Assembly: GCA_043228905.1 (NCBI GenBank)
Contig: JBHGNT010000001.1
Span: 6,820,001 to 6,884,000, forward strand
Reading direction: 5' to 3'
DNA length: 64,000 nt
Source: Azolla caroliniana
Taxonomy: Eukaryota > Plantae > Polypodiophyta
The translations under genes and the position numbers were made by a program. Under the pieces are notes generated by a model, which did not search any database, was not told the DNA's origin, and saw only the letters and a list, made by a program, of their open reading frames with translations. Numbering within the stretch: the first letter of the stretch is position 1; the number at the start of each line of letters is the position of its first letter. Shown in pieces: positions 23,501 through 35,770 of this stretch.

Positions 23501-25383
23501 GGTTTGGTCCTAGTGCAATGTAAGCACCCTCAACCCTTCATTAGTGACTACACATCCTAAATGATTGGTTGAATTGGTGAAATACTCAACTTTAGACGAA
23601 CTTGAATTTACATTCACATAGCCATTGATTGACAACAATTTACATTGCTTATTTAGTCTTCAACCCAATGCCTAAGGCTAATATTCGATGCTTCATGTTT
23701 TGGCATGTTTGTAATGCAGTACACAACGACCATGATGTAAAGTAATACGGTTGGGAGTTAGCAAAACTGAGAGTCATGATTGTATATAATCAATAAGATG
23801 TTATGAAAAAGTATCATTCTAAATGCCTTGTCCAATACCTAGGGCGAACAGTGTTTGATCGTAATATGTCCTCGATTGTATTGGATCCTTGTATTTCTCT
23901 TCTTGGGAGTGTTCCTTTTCCGTTCCCTAAATTTCCAATTTCACGGTATTTTGTTTTGTGACACTAGTTTTAGGGTATCGATATCCTTGATTTTATTGGA
24001 TCACGTCTTTGTCTTCCTTGGAAGGGTTTCTTTTTAGGGACTAGTGTTTCATCTTTACTACCGGTGGCATGTCTAAAAATGCACTCAACAATAACAATGT
24101 CAAATCACATATGGTTGGAATTTGCAGTTTTTGTGCATGGGACTTGTTACTTCCCCATGCCTTGGGTAATTTAGTGTTAATTTAGTGTTAGAGACATAAG
24201 TATATCCTTTATTTGGTTGGAGCACTTCTCTTTCATTCCCCTAGCTTTGAGAATTTTGTAAAAGCCAAGGTGATTATATTTCTTAATTAAGTGGAGAATG
24301 TATTCAAGCTGTATATTTTATGATGGCACTCTAACAAATACAAACAACCCTATTAATGAGTTTTTGTGTATCATTGTGAAGGAAGTTTGGCATATGTGGA
24401 TTTCATATTCTATGATACAAATCCATTTGTGAAGAAATATTGGAACGAGACAGAGCATACATATGATTGGAGGGGGATTGAACCAAAACAACAATTCATT
24501 GACAATGAACTTCAGGTGCATAACTCAAAAAAACTTCACAACTTTAAACATGATCGTCTAATATCAGAAAACATAATATTCTTAAAATGTTTGTTTGTTT
24601 ATTGATTTTATTTCTTAGTTTCTATCATCTTGGCTTTCATCATCAAATGCAACATGGAAGATTGTAGTTGGACACCATCCCATTTACTCTGTTGGAGACC
24701 ATGGAAACACGGTTGAGCTCGAGGAGCTAGTTTATCCTATCCTGACGGTAAAAAGATCATATGAATTGTTCTCTTAACACATTTTTTTTCTTGATTTGTT
24801 CTTCAAATATGGTTTATATCACAGGAGCACAAAGTTGATCTTTATGTCAATGGGCATGATCACTGTTTGGAGCATATCACTCGAAGGTTAGTTGTCTTTC
24901 CATTTCAAATGCTGTCATTGAATACATAATGCCATATCCAAATGTGATAAATTGTGTGTATGTGTGCGTGCTTTGCCCCAATTTTAGGGTTTTATCCTGT
25001 GAGTCTTCCTGATATGATCCATTGTATGCTTTCTTTGTGTGCAGTCCCCTCATTTGGAGGTTTCTGACTAGTTAGTAGTAATATAACACATTACTAAACA
25101 CAGAGTATGTGTGCATGTGCTTGTATGCAATGACTAAAGTATCAAAGGATTTTGTTTTTGGCTTTTGCACTATAGTGGGATTGAGTTTTTGACGAGTGGA
25201 GGAGGTTCCAAGGCATGGAGGGGGATGGATACAAGTGCGGACATGACCGGGCTGCAATTCTATTATGATGGTCAAGGGTTTATGAGCCTATCTATAACAG
25301 GGACGACATTGTCGTTTCAATTCTATGATGCCCTTGGCAATACACTTCATGGAAAAACCATAAACAAGAACTTCACTTCATAA
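20533..25383 (+). CDS. PAP: Small-type purple acid phosphatase (AtPAP3/7/8/17-like), 7 exons, about 360 aa
   Basis: Exons 20533-20808, 22027-22183, 22696-22812, 24382-24515, 24619-24747, 24825-24886 and 25176-25383. All introns are GT-AG and phases are consistent (1083 nt). All five metal-ligand blocks are present: GDWG, GDNFY, GNHD, VVGHH, GHDH. It also has [13 protein letters not shown] and an N-terminal hydrophobic signal/anchor. Confidence 0.93.
21974..22024. repeat. (TACA)n microsatellite abutting the PAP exon 2 splice acceptor
   Basis: About 12 perfect units ending ...atacAG|ATGGGC. Confidence 0.95.
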
Positions 25384-25786
25384 TCCATACATACCATATA
25401 ACTCAGCTTGTCTCGCATGTTTTCTGGAGAAGCCAAATGTACAACCGCCCCCCCCCCCCCCCATATATTGAAAAAAGGTTTGCCTCCATAGCTAGCTAAA
25501 ATTAGGTAAAATAATTTTACTATACTTTAATAAATTCTTGTAAACTTGTATATAATTAAGCAACGAAACTTCTTGCCAATCAGCAATCAATGTTCATACG
25601 TGATATACAAATATGGAAACCTCCTTCGAACTTAATAATTGTGTTTGTTTACACAAGAATTATTTGGTTCAAAGTTCGTACTTGAAACACTTTCATATGC
25701 AGCAGAATTAAGGAAAATACCAAATACCCACGGGTATATCGAACTAACCCCTATTAATTTTGAGACTATAAAGTCTACTCTTGGAA

Positions 25787-26234
25787 GAAAAAAGGGTAAT
25801 ATAATCGTTGTAGTTTAATGAAAATGTCAGCGTGATTAATCAATTGATATTTTCAGAAGTTGTGGCTGTAGTGAAATACACTCTTCAAATTGTTTGCAGC
25901 AAAGGAAATTAGAAAGATGAGGAATGACAACAAAAACAATAAATTTGATGTGGATGAGAAAATGAATATTCAACAGATTTTTTTTTTTAATTGAATAGAT
26001 CAAAATTTGAATTGAAAAAAAGGGTAATATAATCACTGTAGTTTAATGAAAATGTCAGGGTCATTAATCAATTGATATTTTCAGAAGTTATGGCTGTAAT
26101 GAAATACACTCTTCAAAATGTCTGCAGCAAAGGAAATTAGAAAGATGAGGAATGACAACAAAAACAATGATTTTGATGTGAATGAGAAAATGAATATTCA
26201 ACAGAAAAAAATTTAAATTGAATAGATCAAAATC
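25787..26234. repeat. ~228-bp x2 tandem duplication between the convergent PAP and PPR-5 3' ends
   Basis: Both units run from aaaaaagggtaatataatc..tgtagtttaatgaaaatgtcag to aattgaatagatcaaaat with scattered substitutions; the second starts near 26014. Confidence 0.9.
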
Positions 26235-26501
26235 GGAACTAATAACAAAGTGGAAAGTAGCACTTCAGTTTTAGGCTTTGCATTCAGCTTAGTTACGATG
26301 ATTGATAAGCATTTCAACTTATTGTGAACGAAAATAGTAGTGGTCAATTATGGTGGCAGAGGCATGAGATCAAGCTTGTTCTCCCCTGAATATTTCATGA
26401 TTTTCAACCTCTCACGCTTGTGGAGTTTGATGCATAATGTATGCTATCACAAATTTCCTTGACTGAACACTCTAGTGAATCCCCAGTCCCCATTAATCTC
26501 A

Positions 26502-28907
26502 TTATAAGTCCACTACTTCGCCGTTTGCATAGATGTTGGACATTGAGATATAAGCACCATTACTTTCAATGGTATCCATACAGATTGCATGATCAAAGGC
26601 AAACTTTCCAAGTTCACCATTTCCATGCCTCGAGCATGTGGTCAACACACATGACCACGGGATGGGATATGAATCTATTGGAAACTTCGACAATACATAC
26701 AAAACACCTGAGAGATTCCCTGCACGACCAACAAGGTCCTCTATGCGAAAAAAATACTCCCTTTCCATACATAATCCATTGTCCCTATCGATAGAGTGGA
26801 AGAACTCGAGCCCTTTCTGTACATGGCCAACATGAGAACAAATAGAGAGGAGAAGGAGATAAGTTATCTCATTGGACTTGATTCGTGCAAGTTGAATCTC
26901 TCCAAAGAGTCTTGCTGAAGTGTCAAGATTCCCTTGGCGGGCATACCCTGAAATTAACGAATTCCACGAGGCTATATCAGGCTTAGGTATAGAATCAAAA
27001 ACCAACTTTGCGTCATCTACACTACCAAAGCTTCCATAAGCATGGATAAGTTTGGTTGAGAGTAAAAGGTCTGAATCAAGTCCGCCTGAGATGATGATGA
27101 AATGCACATATTGACATAGCTCTGAACTTCCAGACCTAGTGCAGGCCTGTAAAACATAGAGAAATGTGGTAGTGTTAAGGCATATTGGTGTTCCACCTCC
27201 ATCCAGTATTTTCTGAAACATTTCGAGAGCTTGCCTGTCATGCCCATTTTCAATATACACCAAAAGCAGTGCATTAAATAAGATTGTGTCTGTATGTAAG
27301 GAGAAGTGAGCAAGGAACATCGACTTTGCTTCCATCACACCACCACATTTTCCATACATTATCACAATATTGGCTATGGTCAAAGGTTCTCGATCACATC
27401 CCTTTTTTCGTGCATCGATCAGTAGTGCCTGTCCAATTTCAAGCGATTTTACCTTAACTTTTTCCATACAAGTAGTTGTAAGTGCTTCTTCTTTCTCTGC
27501 GAGCAAACCACAGGCTTGGAAGGTGAATACAAAAGTGCATTCATTTGGGTCCATCCTTTCACCTATTATCTTTTTATAAAGTTGTAAGGCCTTCTCTCCT
27601 TGACCTAATTCAACATATACCGAGAGCATGATTGTCCATGACACGATGTCATGGTGTGAATGTGCTTGAAACAAGTGCTCTGCCTCCAGTATCCTTCCAT
27701 ATTTTGCATACATGTTTATAAGCATGGTGCACACTAAGGTATCGCGTTCGAATCCGTTCTGGCGGGCATCAGAATGAAGGGATAGCCCTATCTCTACAAA
27801 AACACTATTCATTCTCTCTTCATCAGCCATCAAGCAACATGCTTGTAATGCCATCATAAAACTTGTCTCATTTGGAGACATTTCTTCTTGTTGCATTTGC
27901 CGAAACAACCTCAATGCTTTCTCACCATATCCGCGATCAACATATACCGAAAGCATAACATTCCATGGCACAATGTCATGGACAAAATGATATGTAACGA
28001 ACATGTGTTCTGTATCCATGATTGTTCCAATCTTACCATACATGCCCAAGAGGGCACTATAGATATAAATATTACCATCAAATCCTTTTTTTAAGACATG
28101 AGAATGCAATTCATGACCTTTGCTTTGCCTTTCTTGAAGCATTCTGCTCTCCTCTATTGTGTGTAAAGAGTTTGCTTGTATGAGACATACCATGGTTCGT
28201 TCATTGGGACTCATCTGAGTTTCTAGAATCTTCTCAAAAAGAGAAAGTGCTTTTCCCTCTTCACCTATCTCGACATATGTCGAAAGCATAGCATTCCAAG
28301 ACACCAAATCATATTGAGCCAATCTAATAAATACATCCTCTGCTTCCACAACATGACCACATTTCCCATACATCATTATGAGAGCACTTACGATGAAAAA
28401 ATTATCTTCAAACCCTTCTTTCTTTGCATAATTATGTATTTCGATGCCCTTTGCAACGGCACATATCTCTCCGCAAGCTCTGAGAAGACTAACAATTGTG
28501 TGAGGACTTGGTTTTAAACCTCTTTCTTTCATAGAACCATACAATTCCAATGCTTTTTTCCCATATCCACAATCAACAAAGCCCGAAATCAGATGTGCCC
28601 ACGAGAATATATGGTGAAATGGGGATTGATTGAACACTCTAAATGCATCTTCAATGTCTCCACAGGAGGCAAAAGTTGTCACTAATTTTACATTAAACGA
28701 AGTAACAGAATCCAAGCCAAAGAAGGCCAAATGGCTGTGAATTTGTTTGGTTTTAAACAAGGATTTCTTCTTCTGGCAGTCGTTCAGAAGAATATTGAAG
28801 AACTCTGGAGAAGGAAGGGGGGTCTCTTCCAACTCTCCTCTTTCCCATTTAATGCTTTGAACATCAGGATGAGAAAAGACAGAGCAATTGGTATGAAGAA
28901 ATTGCAT
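26502..28907 (-). CDS. PLS-E class PPR protein (PPR-5), 801 aa, with extra-long L motifs, no DYW domain
   Basis: P-L-S triplets (VSWNAMLSTYVE, MYGKCG), three L motifs of 43-52 aa, then CSHVGHVQKG, E1 (WSCVLTTCSRHGN) and E2 (AYISMSNIYA). Confidence 0.93.
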   Translation of the reverse strand: MQFLHTNCSVFSHPDVQSIKWERGELEETPLPSPEFFNILLNDCQKKKSLFKTKQIHSHLAFFGLDSVTSFNVKLVTTFASCGDIEDAFRVFNQSPFHHIFSWAHLISGFVDCGYGKKALELYGSMKERGLKPSPHTIVSLLRACGEICAVAKGIEIHNYAKKEGFEDNFFIVSALIMMYGKCGHVVEAEDVFIRLAQYDLVSWNAMLSTYVEIGEEGKALSLFEKILETQMSPNERTMVCLIQANSLHTIEESRMLQERQSKGHELHSHVLKKGFDGNIYIYSALLGMYGKIGTIMDTEHMFVTYHFVHDIVPWNVMLSVYVDRGYGEKALRLFRQMQQEEMSPNETSFMMALQACCLMADEERMNSVFVEIGLSLHSDARQNGFERDTLVCTMLINMYAKYGRILEAEHLFQAHSHHDIVSWTIMLSVYVELGQGEKALQLYKKIIGERMDPNECTFVFTFQACGLLAEKEEALTTTCMEKVKVKSLEIGQALLIDARKKGCDREPLTIANIVIMYGKCGGVMEAKSMFLAHFSLHTDTILFNALLLVYIENGHDRQALEMFQKILDGGGTPICLNTTTFLYVLQACTRSGSSELCQYVHFIIISGGLDSDLLLSTKLIHAYGSFGSVDDAKLVFDSIPKPDIASWNSLISGYARQGNLDTSARLFGEIQLARIKSNEITYLLLLSICSHVGHVQKGLEFFHSIDRDNGLCMEREYFFRIEDLVGRAGNLSGVLYVLSKFPIDSYPIPWSCVLTTCSRHGNGELGKFAFDHAICMDTIESNGAYISMSNIYANGEVVDL

Positions 28908-30136
28908 AACAATTTTGTATGCACAAAGATCAGGTCTACCTCATGTAATCTGAGCATTCATTTCCATGTAGAATAGAAGGGTAAAAAGGCATGCATACCC
29001 GCGATATGCTTACTCTCACTAATCATTCATTCCATTACCATTCATTTGGTGTGAATAGACCTTATAAACAACCCTCCTCAATAGAGAAGGTAGTTAAGGA
29101 AGAAATGTTTGTCGAGACGGTGCAAACCCATTGCACCCCTGTTCAATACGAGTTGTGAAACTTGGTTGTCAAGTTTCCGTCATTCTATTGCGCCCTTCTT
29201 GACATTGTCGATATCATATCTTCAAACTAATGTCTCAACTCTTATAATCCTAATACTCAAATCCTTTGAGTTTGCATTTCGTTTGTAGGTTCCTAACATA
29301 ATCTAATTTGAAGGCAACAATCCATGTATTTCAAGTGAAGTCTTCATCTTTCCAAAATGAATGCTATAAATGTGGACAAACCCACCACTTTGTTTGGAGA
29401 ATGAAAATACAAGGAATGTGTACACCACGTAGAAGAACACTAACATATGCATTTGTAAACATGTAGACAAATGTGGCACTTTACTTGGACAGCCAACTAA
29501 ATATAGTTGGAAGGACACAAATTTCAGAACCCCTTGGCCAAAAGAGGCAATACATGATGATTGCCCCAAGAAATAGCGAAAGTGCATGTGGATTAGATTA
29601 TCCAAAGTGGCACAATTAAATATAATAGAAATAGCCCATTATGTCCAATTTGTACACAAATAAAAGAAAAACATTTCTTAACTATCTCCTTTCCGAACAA
29701 ATGTTTCTACAATCACTTCATTAATAGCGATAAAGTTATTAACAAAGATTGAATGTGCCAAAATTATAGGATAATCATATGTTCAAATTTGAATATTAGT
29801 GTTCAAATGGAAATGCGGATATTACATTATATATATGGACTACGGAAATGAAAACATTCTTGATATTTTTACATCATCATTCTATTGGTATTTCTTATTT
29901 GTGGAGTGTGTTAGCAGTTTGTATCACGGTAAGTGCCAGAAGCTTGTACTAATGATATTCGACATGGCTGAGGTAATCAGGTGTGTATTGGAAATACTTG
30001 GTGTGTGTTTGTGTGCATTTTGAGAGGGGTGCATGTGTGTGCGCATTAGCGTGGGCACAGGATGAGTGCGTGAGCAAGTGAGGGAGTGTGTGCGCATACA
30101 TGCTTGTTTAAAGTTCATTCGTATTCTTTCAATCAC

Positions 30137-32374
30137 TTATTCTATTATATGTTCATTTGCATTGGCATTCAATATCAGCAGAAATAATCCAGATTGTGTA
30201 TCATCAATATCTATGGCACATTCAAAAGCCTTCCTTGCCAAAAGCTCAGCAAAAGCTAGATTTCTACAAGCACCCAAAACCGCAGTCCATGTGGCAATAT
30301 TGGGTTGCGATTGCATTATCTCAAGTAAAGCTACAACACCATCTAGACGTCCGGCTCGGCCAAAGAGATCGAGCATTGTAACATAGTGCTCTATTGTCCT
30401 TATAATCCCATATTTCTCAGTCATCAAAACGATAAGTTGTAAGCCCTCATCGATGAGACCACCATGAGTGCATGCGGATAGAACATTGAGAAATGTTACT
30501 TCATCCGGGGCGATATCCTTATCACACATTGTCTTCAACAAACCAAAAACTCGATTACTCTCTCCTCGCAGTGCATATCCAGCAATCAAAGAATTCCATG
30601 GAACTACATCATCTTGCACCTCTGATTCATTGAAAACATCTGATGCTTCATGAAGAAAACCGCATTTTGCATACATATCCACTAGTGTACATGAGACTAA
30701 AGGATCTCCATCAACCCCATCTTTCACAACGATTGTGTGTATGTTTTGGGCTTTTTGAATAAAACCCATGTTTCCACAAGCTTTCAAGCAATAGAAATAA
30801 GCGACCGCGTCTGGGTATACACCTACAGATTTCTCCATTAAGGTGAAGTGTGTCAAGGCTTGCTCATCATAACCATGGTCAACATAGCTTCTAATCAAGG
30901 AAGTCCACGCCACGATGTCGACCTTATTCAATCCTTCAAACACTCTTTGTGCTTCAACTAATAACCCACACTTCGCATACATTGTTATAAGAGCTGTTCC
31001 AACATGTGAATCGCCCCAAAAACCTTGTTTCACAACAGCAGAATGCAATTTTCGACCAAATGTGATCGATCTAAGACTACCACTAGCTCTTAACGCCGCT
31101 ACATATGTTATGGAGCTTCGTGATATGCTCTCTCTCTCCATCTTTTCAACACATTGCAATACATCTTCATTAAACCCAAGTTCAGCATAGCCAACAATCA
31201 TAGTATTCCATAAAACTACATCTTGTTCCTTTGATCGTTCAAATACATCTCGTGCTTCTTCGAGTGAATGACATTTAGCATATGAGTCTACCATTGCACT
31301 AGCCAAATACAGTTCGCCATCTAATCCTCCTTTTATGATGCCTGTATGCATTTCTCGACTCTTAACAATGTCTCCGTATTGACAACAAGCTTTGAGAAAG
31401 CAAAGAAAAGTGCAAGTATCGGGAGCAATTGCCTCCAACTTTATCTTATTATAGCAATCCAAAGCTTCTTGAAATAGCCCATGAGTAACATAACCTGATA
31501 GCAATGCATTCCAGGAGACTACATTCCGAACATGCATTTCATCAAACACATCCTTTGCTTCAGACAGCATACCACATTTGGCATACATATCAATCAAAGT
31601 AATAGCCACATATATATTAGTCTCGTTTTCCATATAAATAACTTCGAGATGCAATTGTAGGCCATAAATACAACATTTGGTTCTAGCACAGGCCTTGAGT
31701 AGAGATTGAAGGGTGAAAATGCTCGGGTTTACAGCATTGCTTTGCATGGTGTGAAACACGACAAATGCACATTCATATTGTGCAATGTCAACATAACCTT
31801 GTATGAGAGACGTCCACACTCGCTCAGCCAGACATATTGATAGCTTATCACATTTCATTACATTATGAAGTTTTGATATTTTATCGTATCCCAATACATT
31901 TTCACATTTCAATAGCATTTCGCATTCCGACATGTTTTCAGATCTTGATACCTTATCGCATCCTGATAGCTTATCATGCCGCAATAACTTATCAAACACA
32001 TTTCGAGCTTCATTTAGATTACCACAATCCACAAGCATTGGAATCAGACAATTACTCAAAGATGGATGGGTTTCTACATTTTTCTTGCATATGTAAGCAT
32101 ATAACCGATATGAGAATCCACGATTGCCAGTGCGTCTGCATCGTTCAATGATTGGAATCAGGGTTTCTATGGGGCCCAACTCAGTAGATTTCTCTAATAA
32201 TGTTAGGGCTTCTTCCAAGTTTGAATTGTGGCCAGTTGAAAGGGTTCTAGTAGAGCTAATGTTATTACTCAATGATCTGATAAAAATTCTGTATAAAGTA
32301 GGGTTAGTAAACATGTATTGATTAATGATAGTATGTGGTGAATATGACGAGGATATAACGATCCATGTGGGCAT
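30137..32374 (-). CDS. PLS-E class PPR protein (PPR-6), 745 aa, possible mitochondrial presequence, no DYW domain
   Basis: N-terminal Arg/Ser-rich, acid-poor segment (LYRIFIRSLSNNISSTRTLST), P-L-S triplets, CTHGGLIDEG, HYVTMLDLFGRAG, E1 (TWTAVLGACRN) and a short E2. Confidence 0.93.
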   Translation of the reverse strand: MPTWIVISSSYSPHTIINQYMFTNPTLYRIFIRSLSNNISSTRTLSTGHNSNLEEALTLLEKSTELGPIETLIPIIERCRRTGNRGFSYRLYAYICKKNVETHPSLSNCLIPMLVDCGNLNEARNVFDKLLRHDKLSGCDKVSRSENMSECEMLLKCENVLGYDKISKLHNVMKCDKLSICLAERVWTSLIQGYVDIAQYECAFVVFHTMQSNAVNPSIFTLQSLLKACARTKCCIYGLQLHLEVIYMENETNIYVAITLIDMYAKCGMLSEAKDVFDEMHVRNVVSWNALLSGYVTHGLFQEALDCYNKIKLEAIAPDTCTFLCFLKACCQYGDIVKSREMHTGIIKGGLDGELYLASAMVDSYAKCHSLEEARDVFERSKEQDVVLWNTMIVGYAELGFNEDVLQCVEKMERESISRSSITYVAALRASGSLRSITFGRKLHSAVVKQGFWGDSHVGTALITMYAKCGLLVEAQRVFEGLNKVDIVAWTSLIRSYVDHGYDEQALTHFTLMEKSVGVYPDAVAYFYCLKACGNMGFIQKAQNIHTIVVKDGVDGDPLVSCTLVDMYAKCGFLHEASDVFNESEVQDDVVPWNSLIAGYALRGESNRVFGLLKTMCDKDIAPDEVTFLNVLSACTHGGLIDEGLQLIVLMTEKYGIIRTIEHYVTMLDLFGRAGRLDGVVALLEIMQSQPNIATWTAVLGACRNLAFAELLARKAFECAIDIDDTQSGLFLLILNANANEHIIE
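31832..31993 (-). repeat. Degenerate in-frame 18-bp x9 minisatellite inside PPR-6
   Basis: Encodes DKLLRH DKLSGC DKVSRS ENMSEC EMLLKC ENVLGY DKISKL HNVMKC DKLSIC; 162 nt = 9 x 18. Confidence 0.85.
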
Positions 32375-35300
32375 TCATGTTCCAAACTTCAAAGTTTGCT
32401 CTGAGCAAAACCCTCATTCGAATCAGTGAACTAATACCATAAAAGATAACTCAGAGTTTTGTTATTTATGACAATAGCCCTAAGGTCTCAAGAATTACGA
32501 AAATACCCCTATCTATGATAAGACGGACATTTATGGTCATTTTTTAGAGCTTGAGGGGGATTCTTCCAAATATACCCTCGGGAGTATTTCGGGTGTTTTA
32601 CCCTTTCTTCTGTGTGTTGCTGACTTATGAAGATTTCCGGGTTTTTTCTCGGTATATACTCAAACATAGCCAAAAGTTGTGTCAGTCGACATTCCAAGAG
32701 TTTGAACTCCTGCTTTCGCATGTCGGGAAGTTCTTTTTCTTTCTATAGGAAACACTCGTATATAGAAAGAGAGGTTGAGTGACAGACAACAGTAGAATAA
32801 TTCCGATTCAAAGTGTTGACACACGTGAACATGCATGCATGCATGCTAGCTCACGTAATGTTGCATCCACATACATGCATTACTCAAAGTTGCAAGTAAA
32901 CCCACCTTGGGTCGGGATTGACAACCATTCTAGCCAAGCATAGTCGAACGATATGATTCGCCCTTCTACTCGAGACAACAAATATGAGAGCTATATGGCC
33001 CGCCATAAAACATCGAGAGACAATTTTTAATTGGATTATGTTATTTTGATTTTTCTTATGGTGGGGATACAAACATCACAATTAAAGTTACACTTTTATG
33101 AGAAATTTGAGAAATTGAAGCTTTTAAATTTTTGGCTTTTCTCAAGAAGATGGAAATTAGTTATTCTAATGAATGCATTGGAGTCACATGGAATTTTGGG
33201 GACATCTCATTGCGGGTGGGGGTAGTATTTCATACTTTACATCTACACAATTTTACGACTTCTCATTGCGAGACCTTGTTGACCCCAACATCATAAAATT
33301 GATCCAAATCTTCAAACTAAATTAGACATTGTTGAAGGAGACGAATACATACTTTATGGGTTATGCAATAAGTTATAAGAAGTCACGCAATGTAGTTCAT
33401 GATAATTCGAGTATGTCATGTTTGCCTAGAAGAGACAGATTTTGTGCATGAATTGCAATAATATATTGGTAAATTAGTCTGCCTGAAGTCATCAATATAT
33501 GCACGCCCACTAATCTTTATTTTGATTATATTAGCAAGATATCGAATCTTAGTATTGGTTTACTAACCTTTATTTTGAATATATTAGCAAGTTATTGAGT
33601 TGCAAGATTCAAAATAAAAGTTTATTAACCTTTATTCCAAATATATTACCAAGATATCGGAGTTCAAGATAGACTATATAGCAAGAATTTAAGTTCATAT
33701 TATTCTACTATATGTATGTCTTTATTTTGTAAATAATATCAAGCATTGAAATGTACACATAATAGTGAGGGAGAGTCACGAAATATATTTTCATCCTAGC
33801 AACTTGTACCACCAATACTTCGATATTTGGTTCACTTTTAGTGTTGAGCCTTATTCCAATCAAATGTCTTGATGCTTGTGTTTGTAGCAGCTTGATATGC
33901 CTTTGATATACATAATAGAGTCTAGGTCACTTTTTAAATGAGCACCTTCATTATTATAAGAGTAAAGGACCAACCATTGAAGATATAAATGATGCAGTTG
34001 ATGGTGGAACACTATTACATTATAATGATACACATAATAAAGTCGGAAACAATCATCCATATGGTAACTAAAATCCCATCATTTTGCTTTTCGTTGAATG
34101 CTAAGAACTTGTAGTCTTTATGTATGAAATAGGATGGCTTCTCATCTTTGTCAGATATTGAACTTCGAATGCTCATAAAAGCTTGTACAATATTTTCAAA
34201 TGTCTTAATTGTTGATAAATGAGAACCAATAGATTTTTTCTAGCTATAATATTCTTTTGGTTTCATTAATGTGTGACTTGTAGAGGCCATACCTTGAAGG
34301 TTGTGGATGTTGAAGTTATAAATATTACACTAAACTTGTCTTACTTTTAGGTAAAAGGCAACTATATTAGTGTCCTTTTAAGTTTGATTACGTTAGCAAA
34401 ATGGAGGACAATTTCTATAACCAAGCTAGAGAAATAAGTGTCCTTACACCATTCCATTAGTCATAGTCATAATCACAAATTCATTGTGTTTGGATAAGGG
34501 AACAAGTTATAAGAAATAATTATGGCACACCATGTCAATGTACATCTCCATGAATATCGACAATGGTGAGACAACTTTAGAAACCAGAATTATCGAACAT
34601 TAGCACACACAAAAATATGCAAGTAGGCTAGAAAGCAAAATTATCAAAACATATGGAAGAATGTCATGAGTCATGAGTCATGTGTTTTCTACCATATGGC
34701 ACCCAATTTCATCTTATTTAGAAGGAGATCCTTACAACATTTCATAACAATCTCACCATAGTGTATGTGGCATTTCTAGTTTTTCCACAAAGGACTTGAT
34801 TGTTAACCCACACATCCAAATTCTCAGCCATTAATTTACAATGTAATGCAACTTAACACCACTTTTATTTATATGCTTATGAATACAAATAAAGGTGACC
34901 AACTTTTGAAGCAAAACTTATTCCAAGTTTGTGAAAATAAATGGTAGTTGAGGTGTGCTAAAGGTCTTTCTCCCAAGTAAATATCAAAGCCATTAAAATC
35001 TCATGTTGTTTGGATCAACGTGTGTGTAAGGAACATGAAGTAAACTAGAAGAGCATAACTTCTTTAGAGGATATGGCCACATAAGCACCTTCCCTCGCCT
35101 CCTACTTGAGAGATTCACCATATCCCGATATTCTATTGGGTAAAATATCCTTTTGAGACCTTATAGTGTTATGACATTGAGGGGAAGAACCTTCTACTTA
35201 TGTACAAACAAGCACCATTGTGGACACTTAGTCTACAAGATGGTTAGAAACCAATGAAACCTTGGCCTTACTTATGTGTGATTAGAGGAAGTAAATCTGG

Positions 35301-35734
35301 CAAAGCAATGGAACAACGATAAATGAAACGCTTTGTTGGTTAGTTTGGATTAGCTGAATTCGGCATAGCTATGCAATAACGATAAAATGAAATGTTGATC
35401 ACAACTTGTTAGAATCTGGCAGACTTATGGATCAATGACTAATGAAACATTGGATGAAACGAGGCAAGCAGACATGTGTAAATGCTCGACGGAAGCAAAC
35501 CGGGCATTTTGGCAATATCCATGTGAACACAAGTGTGTAGGAGAGAGGTGTGTGCAAACCCTCACCAATACAAGTACAGAGAGGCTCAAGATCTGACATG
35601 TGTGTTGTTTTTAAAGAAGCAAAATGATGATGAGATTGAGGTGGAAAATTGGAGAGGCTTTTGTGGGGTAGGTTTTGCCACACTCAAAACATACTATCTG
35701 TTGGTATGTTGAGAGAGATATATATACATATATG

Positions 35735-35770
<36 letters not shown>

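Noticed and set aside
26200-26501. Hidden DYW domain downstream of PPR-5 (also looked downstream of PPR-2)
   Set aside because: No HxE or CxxC deaminase motifs found in the frames I read by eye; a distant spliced exon cannot be excluded.
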